Shown here one piece after another: positions 19,512 through 26,703 of a DNA stretch of 30,899 nucleotides (positions are counted from its first letter, which is position 1; each line of letters begins with the position of its first letter). The position numbers and the translations under genes are program-made. The DNA comes from a virus (Duplodnaviria; Caudoviricetes). Under the pieces are notes generated by a model. The model was not told where the DNA came from, ran no database searches, and saw only the letters and a program-made list of their open reading frames with translations. The stretch lies in IMG/VR virus record IMGVR_UViG_3300017761_004803, positions 1-30,899 of that record; one strand, written 5' to 3'.

Positions 19512-20281
19512 AAAAAGATGAATTTAAATCAATGAATGTTTTAGTGATAGGTGATAGTGGAGAAGATATTTTTCAATATGGCACTATTACTAGAATATGT
19601 CCTGAAGCTCCTGTACCTGTATTTAACCCGACCTATAAAACATCAAACCCAGGTATGTCAGGCAATGTAGTAGCTAACTTAAAAGCATTAGGTGCAAATG
19701 TTATTCATATTACTAATCCAACTCAAATTATTAAAACAAGGTTAGTGGATGAGAGAACAAATCAAATGCTTCTTAGAATAGATAAGAGTGATAAAGTAGA
19801 TAGAATATTTAATAAAGATTTAATTAATATTAAAAACAATATCTATGATGGTATTCATTTGGATGCTATTATTATAAGTGATTATGATAAAGGATTTTTA
19901 GATGAAGAAGATATAGAATGGATTTGTTATAATAATACTAATACCTTTATTGACACTAAAAAAATTATTGATACATGGGCTACTAAAGCATCATTTTTAA
20001 AAATAAACCATGTTGAATTTGCTAGAACAGAATACACTTTAAAAGATTTAAATCTAGAATCTAAACTTATTATTACTCTATCAGATAAAGGATGCAAATA
20101 TAAAAACCAAATATTCCCTGTTAAAAAAGTTAAAATCAAAGATTTATCTGGTGCCGGGGATACTTTCATTTCAGGTTTAGTATTAGAATGGCTTAAAACT
20201 GGAGAGGTAGATTTAGCTATAAAATTCGCACAAGAGTGTGCTACAGTAGTTGTTCAAAAACAAGGAGTAGTTACAATATAA
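19508..20281 (+). CDS. PfkB-family kinase, HldA/RfaE domain I-like (heptose-7-phosphate kinase)
   Basis: VIGD, RICPEAPVPV, GNVVANL..LG, KTR, SDYDKG, DLSGAGDTF. Confidence 0.88.
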   Translation: MKKDEFKSMNVLVIGDSGEDIFQYGTITRICPEAPVPVFNPTYKTSNPGMSGNVVANLKALGANVIHITNPTQIIKTRLVDERTNQMLLRIDKSDKVDRIFNKDLINIKNNIYDGIHLDAIIISDYDKGFLDEEDIEWICYNNTNTFIDTKKIIDTWATKASFLKINHVEFARTEYTLKDLNLESKLIITLSDKGCKYKNQIFPVKKVKIKDLSGAGDTFISGLVLEWLKTGEVDLAIKFAQECATVVVQKQGVVTI

Positions 20282-20290
20282 AATACAAAT

Positions 20291-21160
20291 ATGAAAACAT
20301 CAGTTATAACATTTAGCCGAAATGATGGTTACAAAGAAAAAGAACGATTTGTTATTCACCTAACTACATTATTAGAAACATTTGATGAAGTAAATTATGT
20401 GGATTGGAATTCACCTACTCAAAGTTTTCTATATGAAGTATTAGATATGATTCCTAAAACAGGTAGACTAAAACATTTCATAATCCCACCATCAGTACAT
20501 CAAATGTTTGCTGATGGAATTAATGATTTTCCTAAATGTTTTGGTTCTGTATCCTTTAATTTAGCTTTAAGAAGAACTGACGCTGATTGGGTTGTATCAA
20601 CAACTACAGATAATATTCCTCCTACTAAAGAAGAATTACATGACATTATAAACAGTGGAGATAATAATACTTTCTACACTATTAGTAGAAGAGAAATTGA
20701 ATATGCTGATATATTAACTAATATAGACAATCTTACAGAATATAGACAGTATTTAAAAGAAACTACTCAACCTAGATATTATACAGCTCGAGTGACTCCA
20801 AGTGATGATTATAGTTTAATCAATTGTTGTGGTGATTTCCAATTAGCTCCTAGAAAAGTATGGTTAGATGCTAAAGGTTATGAAGAAAATATGTTTTATA
20901 ATTGCTTTATAGATACTAATGTACAGAAAAAAGCAGCATTAGCCGGATATAAATTACAAGCTATATTTGATACACCAATGTATCATATGTCTCATGACAA
21001 TATCTTACCCCAAGCCCATACTACTAAACTACATATAAATGCTACTAAAAAATCACCAGTATATAATGATCCATACAAGTGGGTAGAAACATTTACCACT
21101 TCTGAAAACACTGATGGTTGGGGATTAGGAGATGTAGATATTGAATTTGAGGTGATATAA
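20291..21160 (+). CDS. Putative GT-A fold glycosyltransferase
   Basis: SRNDGY, VDWNS, NLALRR...DWVVSTTTD, CGDFQL, GYEE, YHMSH. Confidence 0.62.
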   Translation: MKTSVITFSRNDGYKEKERFVIHLTTLLETFDEVNYVDWNSPTQSFLYEVLDMIPKTGRLKHFIIPPSVHQMFADGINDFPKCFGSVSFNLALRRTDADWVVSTTTDNIPPTKEELHDIINSGDNNTFYTISRREIEYADILTNIDNLTEYRQYLKETTQPRYYTARVTPSDDYSLINCCGDFQLAPRKVWLDAKGYEENMFYNCFIDTNVQKKAALAGYKLQAIFDTPMYHMSHDNILPQAHTTKLHINATKKSPVYNDPYKWVETFTTSENTDGWGLGDVDIEFEVI

Positions 21161-21161
21161 A

Positions 21162-21193
21162 TTTGGCTTTTTGGAATTTTGATGTTATATTTA
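21162..21193 (+). promoter_or_regulatory. Conserved promoter copy 1, TTTGGCTTT-N6-TTTTGATGTTATATTTA
   Basis: Intergenic; identical outside N6 to 23726 and 25522; fits Bacteroidota TTTG-N20-TAnnTTT(G) geometry. Confidence 0.8.
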
Positions 21194-21209
21194 GTCAAAA
21201 TTAAGAAAC

Positions 21210-21392
21210 ATGGAATATAATAATAGTGATTATTATTTTTACTCACATTTAGATCCAAATAAAGAGCCTATTGGTACATGTCGAGCTGGTACTTTAGGTA
21301 TAGCAACTTATTATTTTGCTTCTATGAAAGGGATGAATATTGAAAATTTTTTAAAATTATATTCAATAAGTATAAAAAATGAATCTAAATAA
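21210..21392 (+). CDS. Hypothetical protein
   Basis: 60 aa ORF directly after a promoter copy; overlaps the next gene. Confidence 0.65.
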   Translation: MEYNNSDYYFYSHLDPNKEPIGTCRAGTLGIATYYFASMKGMNIENFLKLYSISIKNESK

Positions 21393-21768
21393 TTTTGGAA
21401 ATAGATTAAAAATTAATCGAAATAAACAATCTCAAGAAAAGGATGTGTTTATTGAATTTATTAGTATGTTAGATGAATGTTGGGCTAGAACTAATTTCTT
21501 ACATGATCATCTAAAGATTGATTTCTATAATTATGAAGAATCATATTATAGTATTATTGAAGATCTTATTCACCTTAAATATGGAGATGAAATAGGAGCC
21601 TTAATTCTATGGTATGTTTATGATAGATTTGACTCAGATGGCACACTTCAAAAATTAGAAGTGACTATACCAGGAAAAACTAAAAAAATATATACCCTTA
21701 AATCAGCTTCTGATCTTTGGATTTTAATTGAGAAAATAAATAAAGCAAACCAAAATAACAATTTATGA
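21379..21768 (+). CDS. Hypothetical protein
   Basis: 129 aa; IDF...YG.E...ILWYVYD...LW pattern resembles 30320-30619. Confidence 0.7.
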   Translation: MNLNNFGNRLKINRNKQSQEKDVFIEFISMLDECWARTNFLHDHLKIDFYNYEESYYSIIEDLIHLKYGDEIGALILWYVYDRFDSDGTLQKLEVTIPGKTKKIYTLKSASDLWILIEKINKANQNNNL

Positions 21769-22151
21769 GTAGACACTGTAAAGTATGTGATGTTGTGATT
21801 GATCCACGTAGAATTGCTATTCTACCTGAAACTAAAACTTGCACCCAACACTCAACCGCTGAGAAAAAAGTAGCAATGATAGTTCAGATGGGAGAAGGTG
21901 ATCATACATGGACTGAGACTTATGCTGTGGATAGAGAGGTGTATGATAAAATTCAAGAAGCAGAGAAAAATTTTAGAAAAACATCTAATCCTACTCCTAA
22001 AGCAAAAAGTAAAATAACTGAAGAAGATGAGGTAATTGAACTTGATGCTATTGAATTAGAAGAAGACAATTTGCCTTTTGAAGATGAAGTAGATGAGTTT
22101 GTAGATGATGAGAATGATTACTCAAGTGATGATATTTTAGAAGAAGAATAA
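21765..22151 (+). CDS. DksA/TraR-type zinc-finger protein with acidic C-terminal tail
   Basis: CKVC...IDPRRIAILPETKTCTQH; the last ~45 aa are dominated by D/E. Confidence 0.65.
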   Translation: MSRHCKVCDVVIDPRRIAILPETKTCTQHSTAEKKVAMIVQMGEGDHTWTETYAVDREVYDKIQEAEKNFRKTSNPTPKAKSKITEEDEVIELDAIELEEDNLPFEDEVDEFVDDENDYSSDDILEEE

Positions 22152-22795
22152 TGCCTAAAGCAATACATTTAAGTAAAGAGCAAATTTTAGCAGCGATGGA
22201 CAAGACAAAATCTGTCCGTGCTGCGGCTCGCTATTTGAATATATCATACCAACATCTTAAAAAATGGATGAAAGTATATAAGGATGAAAATGGAGTAACA
22301 TTATTTGAAGCTCACAAGAACCAATCAGGTAAAGGCATCCCTAAATTCTTATCAGCATCTCATTACAATAAAAAAGAACCAGCATTATTAGATATACTTG
22401 AAGGTAGAGTAAACCCAGCTCACTTCAATCCTCAAAAGATAAAGTATAGAATGATAACTGAAGGTTATTTAAAAGAAGAATGTCATAATTGTGGATTCCA
22501 TGAACGTAGAGTATCTGATTATAGAACCCCACTTGTCCTCCACTTTAAAAATGGTAACAAACAACATTATTCTTTAAATAATATGGAAATGTTATGTTAT
22601 AATTGTTATTATTTAACTGTTGGAGATTTGTTCACTAGTAAACAACTTGAAGGATTAGAAGATCATAAACCAATGAATCAAAGTGAAGTAGATTGGGAAT
22701 TAGATGATTATACTCTTCAACGTTTAAAAGAGTTAGGTTTAGATAAATCTCATCCCCCAACTGATGATGGGAGTGAGTTTATTAGTAGACTTTAA
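22151..22795 (+). CDS. HTH plus degenerate HNH/zinc-finger protein
   Basis: SVRAAARYLNISY HTH; CHNCG...LHFKNGN...NNMEMLCYNCY HNH-like fold. Confidence 0.7.
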   Translation: MPKAIHLSKEQILAAMDKTKSVRAAARYLNISYQHLKKWMKVYKDENGVTLFEAHKNQSGKGIPKFLSASHYNKKEPALLDILEGRVNPAHFNPQKIKYRMITEGYLKEECHNCGFHERRVSDYRTPLVLHFKNGNKQHYSLNNMEMLCYNCYYLTVGDLFTSKQLEGLEDHKPMNQSEVDWELDDYTLQRLKELGLDKSHPPTDDGSEFISRL

Positions 22796-22809
22796 ATATT
22801 TATTTGTAG
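22790..22809 (+). promoter_or_regulatory. Imperfect inverted repeat with TATTTAT at the apex
   Basis: CTTTAAATA-TT-TATTTGTAG, ending immediately before ATG 22810. Confidence 0.45.
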
Positions 22810-22965
22810 ATGAAGAAGAAAAAACATAATGATATTATCAATGATTACAACAAAATTAAGTCTAAGCATCTTGACAATTTAGCTAGTAAAATGTTAGCTA
22901 ATGATGAAAAGATGAATAAACTTAAAGGTAAAGACATTAACCCTAACTTTTTAGACTTATTTTAA
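22810..22965 (+). CDS. Small basic hypothetical protein (51 aa, not in ORF track)
   Basis: MKKKKHNDII...FLDLF*; fills the gap and stops 1 nt before ATG 22967. Confidence 0.7.
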   Translation: MKKKKHNDIINDYNKIKSKHLDNLASKMLANDEKMNKLKGKDINPNFLDLF

Positions 22966-22966
22966 C

Positions 22967-23317
22967 ATGGCTATTGAGATAACATTAAATAACAGTGATG
23001 AGTTTCAAGATATGATTGATAAAAAAGATTTTACTATATCTAAAGCTGTAGTAGAAACTATACTAGCTAATCTAAATACTCGTAAAAAATATCTTCATGT
23101 TCTCTCAGTTAATTGTTTAGAGGATGGAGCTACATATGATATAACCTTAGAGAAAAAATATTTCGCTGAGACGTTACAAGAAAATTTAAAATATTATGTT
23201 GAGAAAGAACTCTATGAGGAGTGTTCTCAAATAGTAGAAGCTATAAATAAATTAAAAGAAAAAGATAATGGCAGCAAAAGCACAAACACAAACACTAAAT
23301 CGAAAACCAAGACGTAA
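22967..23317 (+). CDS. Hypothetical protein with C-terminal UvrB/UvrC (UVR)-like motif
   Basis: LKYYVEKELYEECSQI resembles the UVR L..A...E.YE.AA.I motif. Confidence 0.6.
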   Translation: MAIEITLNNSDEFQDMIDKKDFTISKAVVETILANLNTRKKYLHVLSVNCLEDGATYDITLEKKYFAETLQENLKYYVEKELYEECSQIVEAINKLKEKDNGSKSTNTNTKSKTKT

Positions 23318-23405
23318 ACGCCCAGGTGTTCACTCAAAGAAAAGTTCAAGCAAAATTAAAAGAAGCAAAAATTATAAAAAACCTTATAAAGGTCAAGGTA
23401 AATAA
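23268..23405 (+). CDS. Highly basic 45-aa protein ending YKGQGK (not in ORF track)
   Basis: MAAKAQTQTLNRKPRRKRPGVHSKKSSSKIKRSKNYKKPYKGQGK; 17 K/R, no D/E. Confidence 0.7.
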   Translation: MAAKAQTQTLNRKPRRKRPGVHSKKSSSKIKRSKNYKKPYKGQGK

Positions 23406-23419
23406 ATTAAAATAAAGTT

Positions 23420-23578
23420 ATGAGTAAAAATTCACCAATTCAGAATTATGAATGCGCTAAAGCATTCGGTCAAGTTATGGAATCGATTCGTAAAAAGAAT
23501 CAACGTCAACAACCATCCAATCAACCAAAACAAAAATTGGAGAAGTATCACCCCGCTTTAAAATACAATGGACAGTAA
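23420..23578 (+). CDS. Small hypothetical protein (52 aa, not in ORF track)
   Basis: AAAGTTATG start context; MSKNSPIQNYEC...YNGQ*. Confidence 0.6.
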   Translation: MSKNSPIQNYECAKAFGQVMESIRKKNQRQQPSNQPKQKLEKYHPALKYNGQ

Positions 23579-23717
23579 TGTTTTAATGTATTTTGATGAG
23601 ATCCCTGATGAGTATTTAGTTTTAATGGCTGAATATAATTGGGATAAGTTAGAGGAGTTATGTATACTCCTAACCCTAGATATAGAGATAGTTAGACAAG
23701 AGAGGTTAAAGAATTAA
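23568..23717 (+). CDS. Small acidic hypothetical protein (49 aa, not in ORF track)
   Basis: MDSNVLMYFDEIPDEY...RLKN*; overlaps the previous ORF and ends just before the promoter at 23726. Confidence 0.6.
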   Translation: MDSNVLMYFDEIPDEYLVLMAEYNWDKLEELCILLTLDIEIVRQERLKN

Positions 23718-23725
23718 TCCTCTTG

Positions 23726-23757
23726 TTTGGCTTTCTAGGTTTTTGATGTTATATTTA
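23726..23757 (+). promoter_or_regulatory. Conserved promoter copy 2
   Basis: TTTGGCTTT-CTAGGT-TTTTGATGTTATATTTA, 17 nt upstream of ATG 23775. Confidence 0.8.
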
Positions 23758-23774
23758 TATTATAAATTAAGGTT

Positions 23775-24008
23775 ATGAAAAAAATAGGAAAAATTACAAA
23801 CACATGGAGACGTGCACTCCAACAAAAACACTCCAATCAATTTAATGAAGCTATTGAATCATTAGATGAATGTTTACTTATTCTATCTCTAGCAACTGAA
23901 GGTAATGTTGAAGAGTTAGATGGTATTAATATTGATCTCTGGAAAATGAGAGTATGGGTTAAACTTGAAGAACTAGATGCAGTACCAACCCTTGACACTC
24001 ACATCTAA
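23775..24008 (+). CDS. Hypothetical protein
   Basis: 77 aa, AAGGTTATG start after a promoter copy. Confidence 0.7.
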   Translation: MKKIGKITNTWRRALQQKHSNQFNEAIESLDECLLILSLATEGNVEELDGINIDLWKMRVWVKLEELDAVPTLDTHI

Positions 24009-24213
24009 AAAGAAATTAACCCAACCTGACCCAGACCGAAAACCCTATATTGTTTATAATGAACACTTACAAGTCTGGGTCGGTCTCCAAGATGGAGGTA
24101 GGATAGCATTATTCTCAGATGAGTATGATGATGCTAAACCACTCCATTATGATCAACAATTCAAAACATTACAACGTATAGCTGGATGTAAATTAGAAAG
24201 AGAATTTATATGA
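23977..24213 (+). CDS. Hypothetical protein
   Basis: 78 aa; ATGA overlap with the next gene. Confidence 0.65.
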   Translation: MQYQPLTLTSKKKLTQPDPDRKPYIVYNEHLQVWVGLQDGGRIALFSDEYDDAKPLHYDQQFKTLQRIAGCKLEREFI

Positions 24214-24548
24214 AATTATTAATAGGGATAGGAGTTGGAATATTAGCTCAATTGTTAACATTCCTCCAATTACAAGGTAGATGGAAATTTCCTTGGATGA
24301 AAGAACACCCTCATATAGTTGTATGGTTAGGTATTCCTATTTCCTATTTGTTTATGTATTCTGTTCAATGTATGGTAGAACATTTTGGAGGACAACTTTG
24401 GCCTTCTAGACTAATAGGTTTTGCTATTGGAACTGTTGTTTTTACATTTATGTCAATAAGTTGGTTTAGTGAACCTATTAGTCTAAAGACAGGCATATGT
24501 TTATTTTTAAGCGTTTGTATATTATGTGTTCAATTATTTATTAAATAA
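24210..24548 (+). CDS. Small 4-TM membrane protein, DMT/SMR-like
   Basis: Four hydrophobic segments in 112 aa; F.EPISLKTGICLFL resembles the DMT loop-TM4 motif. Confidence 0.6.
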   Translation: MKLLIGIGVGILAQLLTFLQLQGRWKFPWMKEHPHIVVWLGIPISYLFMYSVQCMVEHFGGQLWPSRLIGFAIGTVVFTFMSISWFSEPISLKTGICLFLSVCILCVQLFIK

Positions 24549-24549
24549 T

Positions 24550-24849
24550 ATGGCTGAAAAGAAAGGTAATACAGTAAAATTGATTTATGATTTTCCCACT
24601 CAATTAAGTACTGAAGTATTTAGTAAAGGTGAATGGAATCGAGTCACATGTCGTCATTTTAGGAGTTTTAATGGTCCAAGGCGTATTATGAAATTTACTA
24701 AACAAAATGAATCATACTATGAAGATTACATCGGCCCAGTTTTTTTATATGAGACAAATCTTAGATTAAAAGACATGAACAAAAAAGGATATGTTTATCC
24801 TCATGATACACCTCCTAAAGCTAAACCAAGACCTTATGAATATTTATAA
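24550..24849 (+). CDS. Hypothetical protein
   Basis: Likely start MAEKKG at 24550, 1 nt after the upstream stop (track start 24526). Confidence 0.7.
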   Translation: MAEKKGNTVKLIYDFPTQLSTEVFSKGEWNRVTCRHFRSFNGPRRIMKFTKQNESYYEDYIGPVFLYETNLRLKDMNKKGYVYPHDTPPKAKPRPYEYL

Positions 24850-24856
24850 TTAACCA

Positions 24857-25081
24857 ATGAAAAACCTAACCATGAACCCAACATCAGTCACCATGGAGTA
24901 TATCATTAAATCCGCCATTTATGAGAATAAAATGGAATTAATAACCCCATCTAGAGAATACACAGATAAAGAGGTAGCGTATATAAAGGGTTATATACAG
25001 AGTTTAGAGGATATGTTAGAGGAATTCACACTTTTGAACAAAGAGGATTTACTCTCTACTTATAAAATATGTTTAAATTAG
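24857..25081 (+). CDS. Hypothetical protein
   Basis: 74 aa ORF in the gene train. Confidence 0.65.
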   Translation: MKNLTMNPTSVTMEYIIKSAIYENKMELITPSREYTDKEVAYIKGYIQSLEDMLEEFTLLNKEDLLSTYKICLN

Positions 25082-25086
25082 TTATA

Positions 25087-25108
25087 GGTATCGTATTTAT
25101 ACGGTACC
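25087..25108 (+). promoter_or_regulatory. Inverted repeat GGTATCGTA-TTTA-TACGGTACC with TATTTAT at the apex
   Basis: 9-bp stem with one G.T pair, GC-rich for this genome, ending immediately before ATG 25109. Confidence 0.6.
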
Positions 25109-25324
25109 ATGGCTGAACAATTATTAACATATCATTTTCATAAGGTGATAAGAGTAATTAACTCTTGTGAAACTGAGGAGCATATTTATGCTACTAAGAA
25201 AATGATTAGTTATTTTGTTAATTATTGGGAAGATAAATTAAAAGTAGAAGTGCTTAGACATTATTTGAAATACTTAAATATATTGTTTAACCATAAAAAA
25301 AGTTCTATTTTAAATTATGAGTAA
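25109..25324 (+). CDS. Hypothetical protein
   Basis: 71 aa; KVIRVINSCET.EH motif. Confidence 0.7.
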   Translation: MAEQLLTYHFHKVIRVINSCETEEHIYATKKMISYFVNYWEDKLKVEVLRHYLKYLNILFNHKKSSILNYE

Positions 25325-25341
25325 TAAAATCAAATAAAAAT

Positions 25342-25515
25342 ATGTGGCTTATATTTACTTTATTAATTATTCTTATACTTGGAGGTGTATTCACTGATTT
25401 AACACTCAAAATTGAGAAAACATCAGAATTAGACTCTAAATACACACGAATAATTCATTGGGGATTAGTAGTTATTTTTTATATCTCAATCATATATTGG
25501 GTGTATAAATGGTAA
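25342..25515 (+). CDS. Small 2-TM membrane protein (57 aa, not in ORF track)
   Basis: MWLIFTLLIILILGGVF...IIHWGLVVIFYISIIYWVYKW*. Confidence 0.6.
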   Translation: MWLIFTLLIILILGGVFTDLTLKIEKTSELDSKYTRIIHWGLVVIFYISIIYWVYKW

Positions 25516-25521
25516 AATAGA

Positions 25522-25553
25522 TTTGGCTTTCCAAGATTTTGATGTTATATTTA
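25522..25553 (+). promoter_or_regulatory. Conserved promoter copy 3
   Basis: TTTGGCTTT-CCAAGA-TTTTGATGTTATATTTA, 17 nt upstream of ATG 25571. Confidence 0.8.
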
Positions 25554-25570
25554 TATATAATTAAAAACAC

Positions 25571-25705
25571 ATGGAAAAGAATATTACATACAATGGATTA
25601 TCAGAGCGGCATGTAGCTCAAATCATTAGAAGAAAAATGATTCAAAAAGCTAAACCATCAGGTAAAGCTTATAAAAGAGAAAAATTTAGATTTATAGGTG
25701 AATGA
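25571..25705 (+). CDS. Small basic hypothetical protein (44 aa, not in ORF track)
   Basis: MEKNITYNGLSERHVAQIIRRKMIQKAKPSGKAYKREKFRFIGE*; ATGA overlap with 25702. Confidence 0.7.
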   Translation: MEKNITYNGLSERHVAQIIRRKMIQKAKPSGKAYKREKFRFIGE

Positions 25706-25962
25706 AGAAGTTATATTTTTATAATGACAACATTTATATTATATTAAGAGCTGTTCCTGTTAGTAATTTCTATAAAAAAGAAGAACTAAATAGAGAGTTT
25801 CTTAATGGATGGAAAGAGTATTTAGGAGCAGATCATATATTAAAAACTGATACTCATTTCTTGTTTTGTGAGATTATTCAAGAACCTGAATGGAATGAAG
25901 TTATAAATGAAACACTAATCACAGATGAAGAACAGTTACAACCCGAACAGCAAAATATTTAG
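25702..25962 (+). CDS. Hypothetical protein
   Basis: 86 aa ORF in the gene train. Confidence 0.7.
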   Translation: MKKLYFYNDNIYIILRAVPVSNFYKKEELNREFLNGWKEYLGADHILKTDTHFLFCEIIQEPEWNEVINETLITDEEQLQPEQQNI

Positions 25963-26467
25963 AACAATTGTTTTAAGTGGAGAAATTGATGAGTCATCTG
26001 TTAAGGATACTATTCAAACTATCTCATTTATAAATGAAATTGATAGTGGTAAGGATGAAGTTGAACCTATAAAACTAATCATTAATAGTTTAGGAGGTAA
26101 TATACTTGATGGTTTTGCTTTAATTGGTGTTATAGAAAACTCATTTGTTCCTATTTACACATACGGTTATGGATCAATAATGTCAATGGCATTACCTATA
26201 CTAGTGGCTGGTGATAAACGTTTTGGTCACCCTCTAGCTACATTTATGTATCATGAATGTTTGGATAGTGTGCCTTATGATAAAATGTCTACCATAAAAG
26301 AGAATATAGAAGAAACAGATCGATTAATGGACATGTACGATGAATATCTCATCTCCAGAACATCACTGACTCAAAAGCAGTTAAATAAAGTTAAGAATAA
26401 AAAAACTGACTGGTATTTTGGCTCTGATGAAGCTCTTAGTTATAATATAATAAATGAAGTAATATGA
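25925..26467 (+). CDS. clpP: ClpP-family serine protease subunit
   Basis: RTIVLSGEID, LIINSLGG, IMSMA (Ser), KRF, FMYHE (His), DWYF..EA..Y.II (Asp). Confidence 0.85.
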   Translation: MKNSYNPNSKIFRTIVLSGEIDESSVKDTIQTISFINEIDSGKDEVEPIKLIINSLGGNILDGFALIGVIENSFVPIYTYGYGSIMSMALPILVAGDKRFGHPLATFMYHECLDSVPYDKMSTIKENIEETDRLMDMYDEYLISRTSLTQKQLNKVKNKKTDWYFGSDEALSYNIINEVI

Positions 26468-26703
26468 AAGCAAAATTAACATTTGATCTTAATGATCCTG
26501 ATGATCGCTTAGAACATGAGCGTTGTGTTAAATCACTTGATATAGCACTTGTCCTTTGGGAACTAACTCATAACTCTTATCGTAGTTTAACAAAGGAATT
26601 TGATGAGGATGACAGCTATTATAAAGGTGTAGATGCTGTTTATGACCGTCTAAAAGAACTATTATATGAACATAATGTTGATGTTGATAAATTAATCCGA
26701 TGA
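26464..26703 (+). CDS. Hypothetical phage protein
   Basis: 79 aa, starts MKAKLTFDL.DPDD; ATGA overlaps on both sides. Confidence 0.72.
   Translation: MKAKLTFDLNDPDDRLEHERCVKSLDIALVLWELTHNSYRSLTKEFDEDDSYYKGVDAVYDRLKELLYEHNVDVDKLIR

Noticed and set aside
351-21258. Minus-strand ORFs in the track (351-683, 1885-2115, 2944-3132, 3960-4151, 4694-4879, 5611-5793, 6680-6886, 9980-10168, 17993-18256, 19927-20169, 20992-21258)
   Set aside because: All lie antisense to well-supported + strand genes, are short and carry no recognisable motifs; treated as shadow ORFs.
23701-23728. Intrinsic terminator AGAGG-TTAA-AGAA-TTAA-T-CCTCT followed by TGTTT
   Set aside because: Weak bulged stem largely within a coding end and a poor U-tract; possible but not supportable.
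21162-25553. 32-nt repeats as CRISPR repeats or att sites
   Set aside because: Copies are 1.8-2.6 kb apart, each at a fixed distance before a start codon, and no integrase or cas gene is present; a promoter role fits better.
25925-26467. ClpP as prohead maturation protease
   Set aside because: No portal, scaffold or capsid genes are adjacent; neighbours are small non-structural ORFs.
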